Positions 63,031-64,000 of a stretch of 64,000 nt of DNA are shown here, one piece after another (positions within the stretch are counted from its first letter, which is position 1; each line of letters starts with the position of its first letter). The stretch lies in IMG/VR virus record IMGVR_UViG_3300045282_000112, positions 20,384 through 84,383 of that record; one strand, given 5' to 3'. Both the position numbers and the translations under genes were made by a program. The notes beneath the pieces were generated by a model that saw only the letters and a program-made list of their open reading frames with translations, was not told the DNA's origin and searched no databases. The stretch comes from a virus.

Positions 63031-63999
63031 TTACGGTGAGACGGCGTCGACGAGGTGCAATTTCGACCGGGCTGCAGGCTTCTTGCGATCCACTGATCCG
63101 AGCATCGCCTTCAACTTGGACAGCAGCACCTCGTGTTCCTCAATACGGCGCGTCCAATGTGCCTTGCGGTCGTCCTTGGGGCCTTCAGCGTGCACCCACA
63201 CGGTGAGGTCCTCGATGGACGGCAGCTTGACGTTTGCCATGCTACGCAGCGCGTTGAACGTAGCGTCGACCGCCTCCAGCCGTTTACGCAGCTCACGCCC
63301 TGATTGGGTCTCCACGGTGACGTGCCCCATCTGATGCGAGTAGGCAGCGGCAAAGCCGCCCTTGTCATACTTGTCGGTGCCGTAGCCAAACTTCTTAGCC
63401 AGTTCAGGTGCCCACTCTTCCGGCTTCTTGACGCGCCAGCCCTCGGGATCATCGACCCATTCCTTGAGCTTGGCTCGATGCCGCTGCGTCGCCAGCGCAG
63501 TCGGATCACGATCTTCGGGCAATGGCTCAGCGCCAGCATTGGCGCGCTGCAGTGACGCCAGAAAAGCCGCTGCCTCATCCTTACTGTAGTTGCGGTCGAA
63601 CTCGGGTGCGATGGCTCCGGGTGGGAAGCCCTGTCCCACCGTGATGTATTCCGAATTTGGGGCGTGTGGCTTGAAGTAACGTTTGGCAAAACCGTCGAGC
63701 CACGCTGACCACGCAGTGGCATGCTCAGACTTTACGGCCGCCTTGCTGACGGCGATGAGCACGGCCCGGGTTCTGCTGCAGGATGTCTTATCTGGACGCG
63801 TCGTCGCAGTGATGACAGCTGGGGGCAGAATGGCTGATGATCCGCGCCGCGCACCGCCACTGAAGTTGGACTTCCTTGGCTTCGCAGCCTTCGCCTTCTT
63901 CACGTCGCCCACCGTCACCTTCTTGCCCCCCTTTGCCTGTTCGACCACCTCCTCAACTGCTTCATCAGAAGTCGAGGGTGATGCTAACTCATAGAGAAC
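63031..63999 (-). CDS. Partial gene (5' end beyond the window), DUF3102-type protein
   Basis: Frame open to the edge: VLYELASPSTSDEAVEEVVEQAKGGKKVTV. Confidence 0.55.
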   Translation of the reverse strand, partial: VLYELASPSTSDEAVEEVVEQAKGGKKVTVGDVKKAKAAKPRKSNFSGGARRGSSAILPPAVITATTRPDKTSCSRTRAVLIAVSKAAVKSEHATAWSAWLDGFAKRYFKPHAPNSEYITVGQGFPPGAIAPEFDRNYSKDEAAAFLASLQRANAGAEPLPEDRDPTALATQRHRAKLKEWVDDPEGWRVKKPEEWAPELAKKFGYGTDKYDKGGFAAAYSHQMGHVTVETQSGRELRKRLEAVDATFNALRSMANVKLPSIEDLTVWVHAEGPKDDRKAHWTRRIEEHEVLLSKLKAMLGSVDRKKPAARSKLHLVDAVSP

Positions 64000-64000
64000 A

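Overview
A 64 kb segment of a GC-rich tailed dsDNA phage with a contractile (Mu-like baseplate) tail. It is almost entirely encoded on the minus strand, and the host is probably an alphaproteobacterium (inferred from a DUF3309 gene, the promoter shape and apparent GANTC avoidance). From right to left it carries: replication/recombination genes (DnaB-like helicase, SNF2 helicase, resolvase, SbcCD, primase); many small early genes; a tRNA-Val(UAC); a NusG paralog; terminase; lysis genes; portal; head genes (MuF-like, ChaB-DUF2213 protease, cement, DUF2184 capsid); and neck, sheath, tube, chaperones with a -1 frameshift, tape measure, baseplate/PAAR and a >1600-aa repeat fibre. The standout is the block between portal and MuF (about 31.0-38.6 kb). 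The portal is C-terminally fused to a RelA/SpoT-like synthetase. It is followed by closely packed, mostly overlapping genes with pseudo-zincin, ADP-ribosyltransferase-like, GNAT-like, zincin and glycosylase-like domains. Four of the effector modules are introduced by the same Asp-preceded peptide tag (D-x0-1-[FYW][DE][PE]x1-2[HQE]PR...G[KQE][FW]) plus a Gly/Ser linker. Small candidate antidote modules are interleaved, one hidden out of frame inside a linker with its own AGGAGG site. I interpret this, as inference, as a protease-processed, capsid-delivered effector array. All family assignments are by motif recognition; no searches were run.
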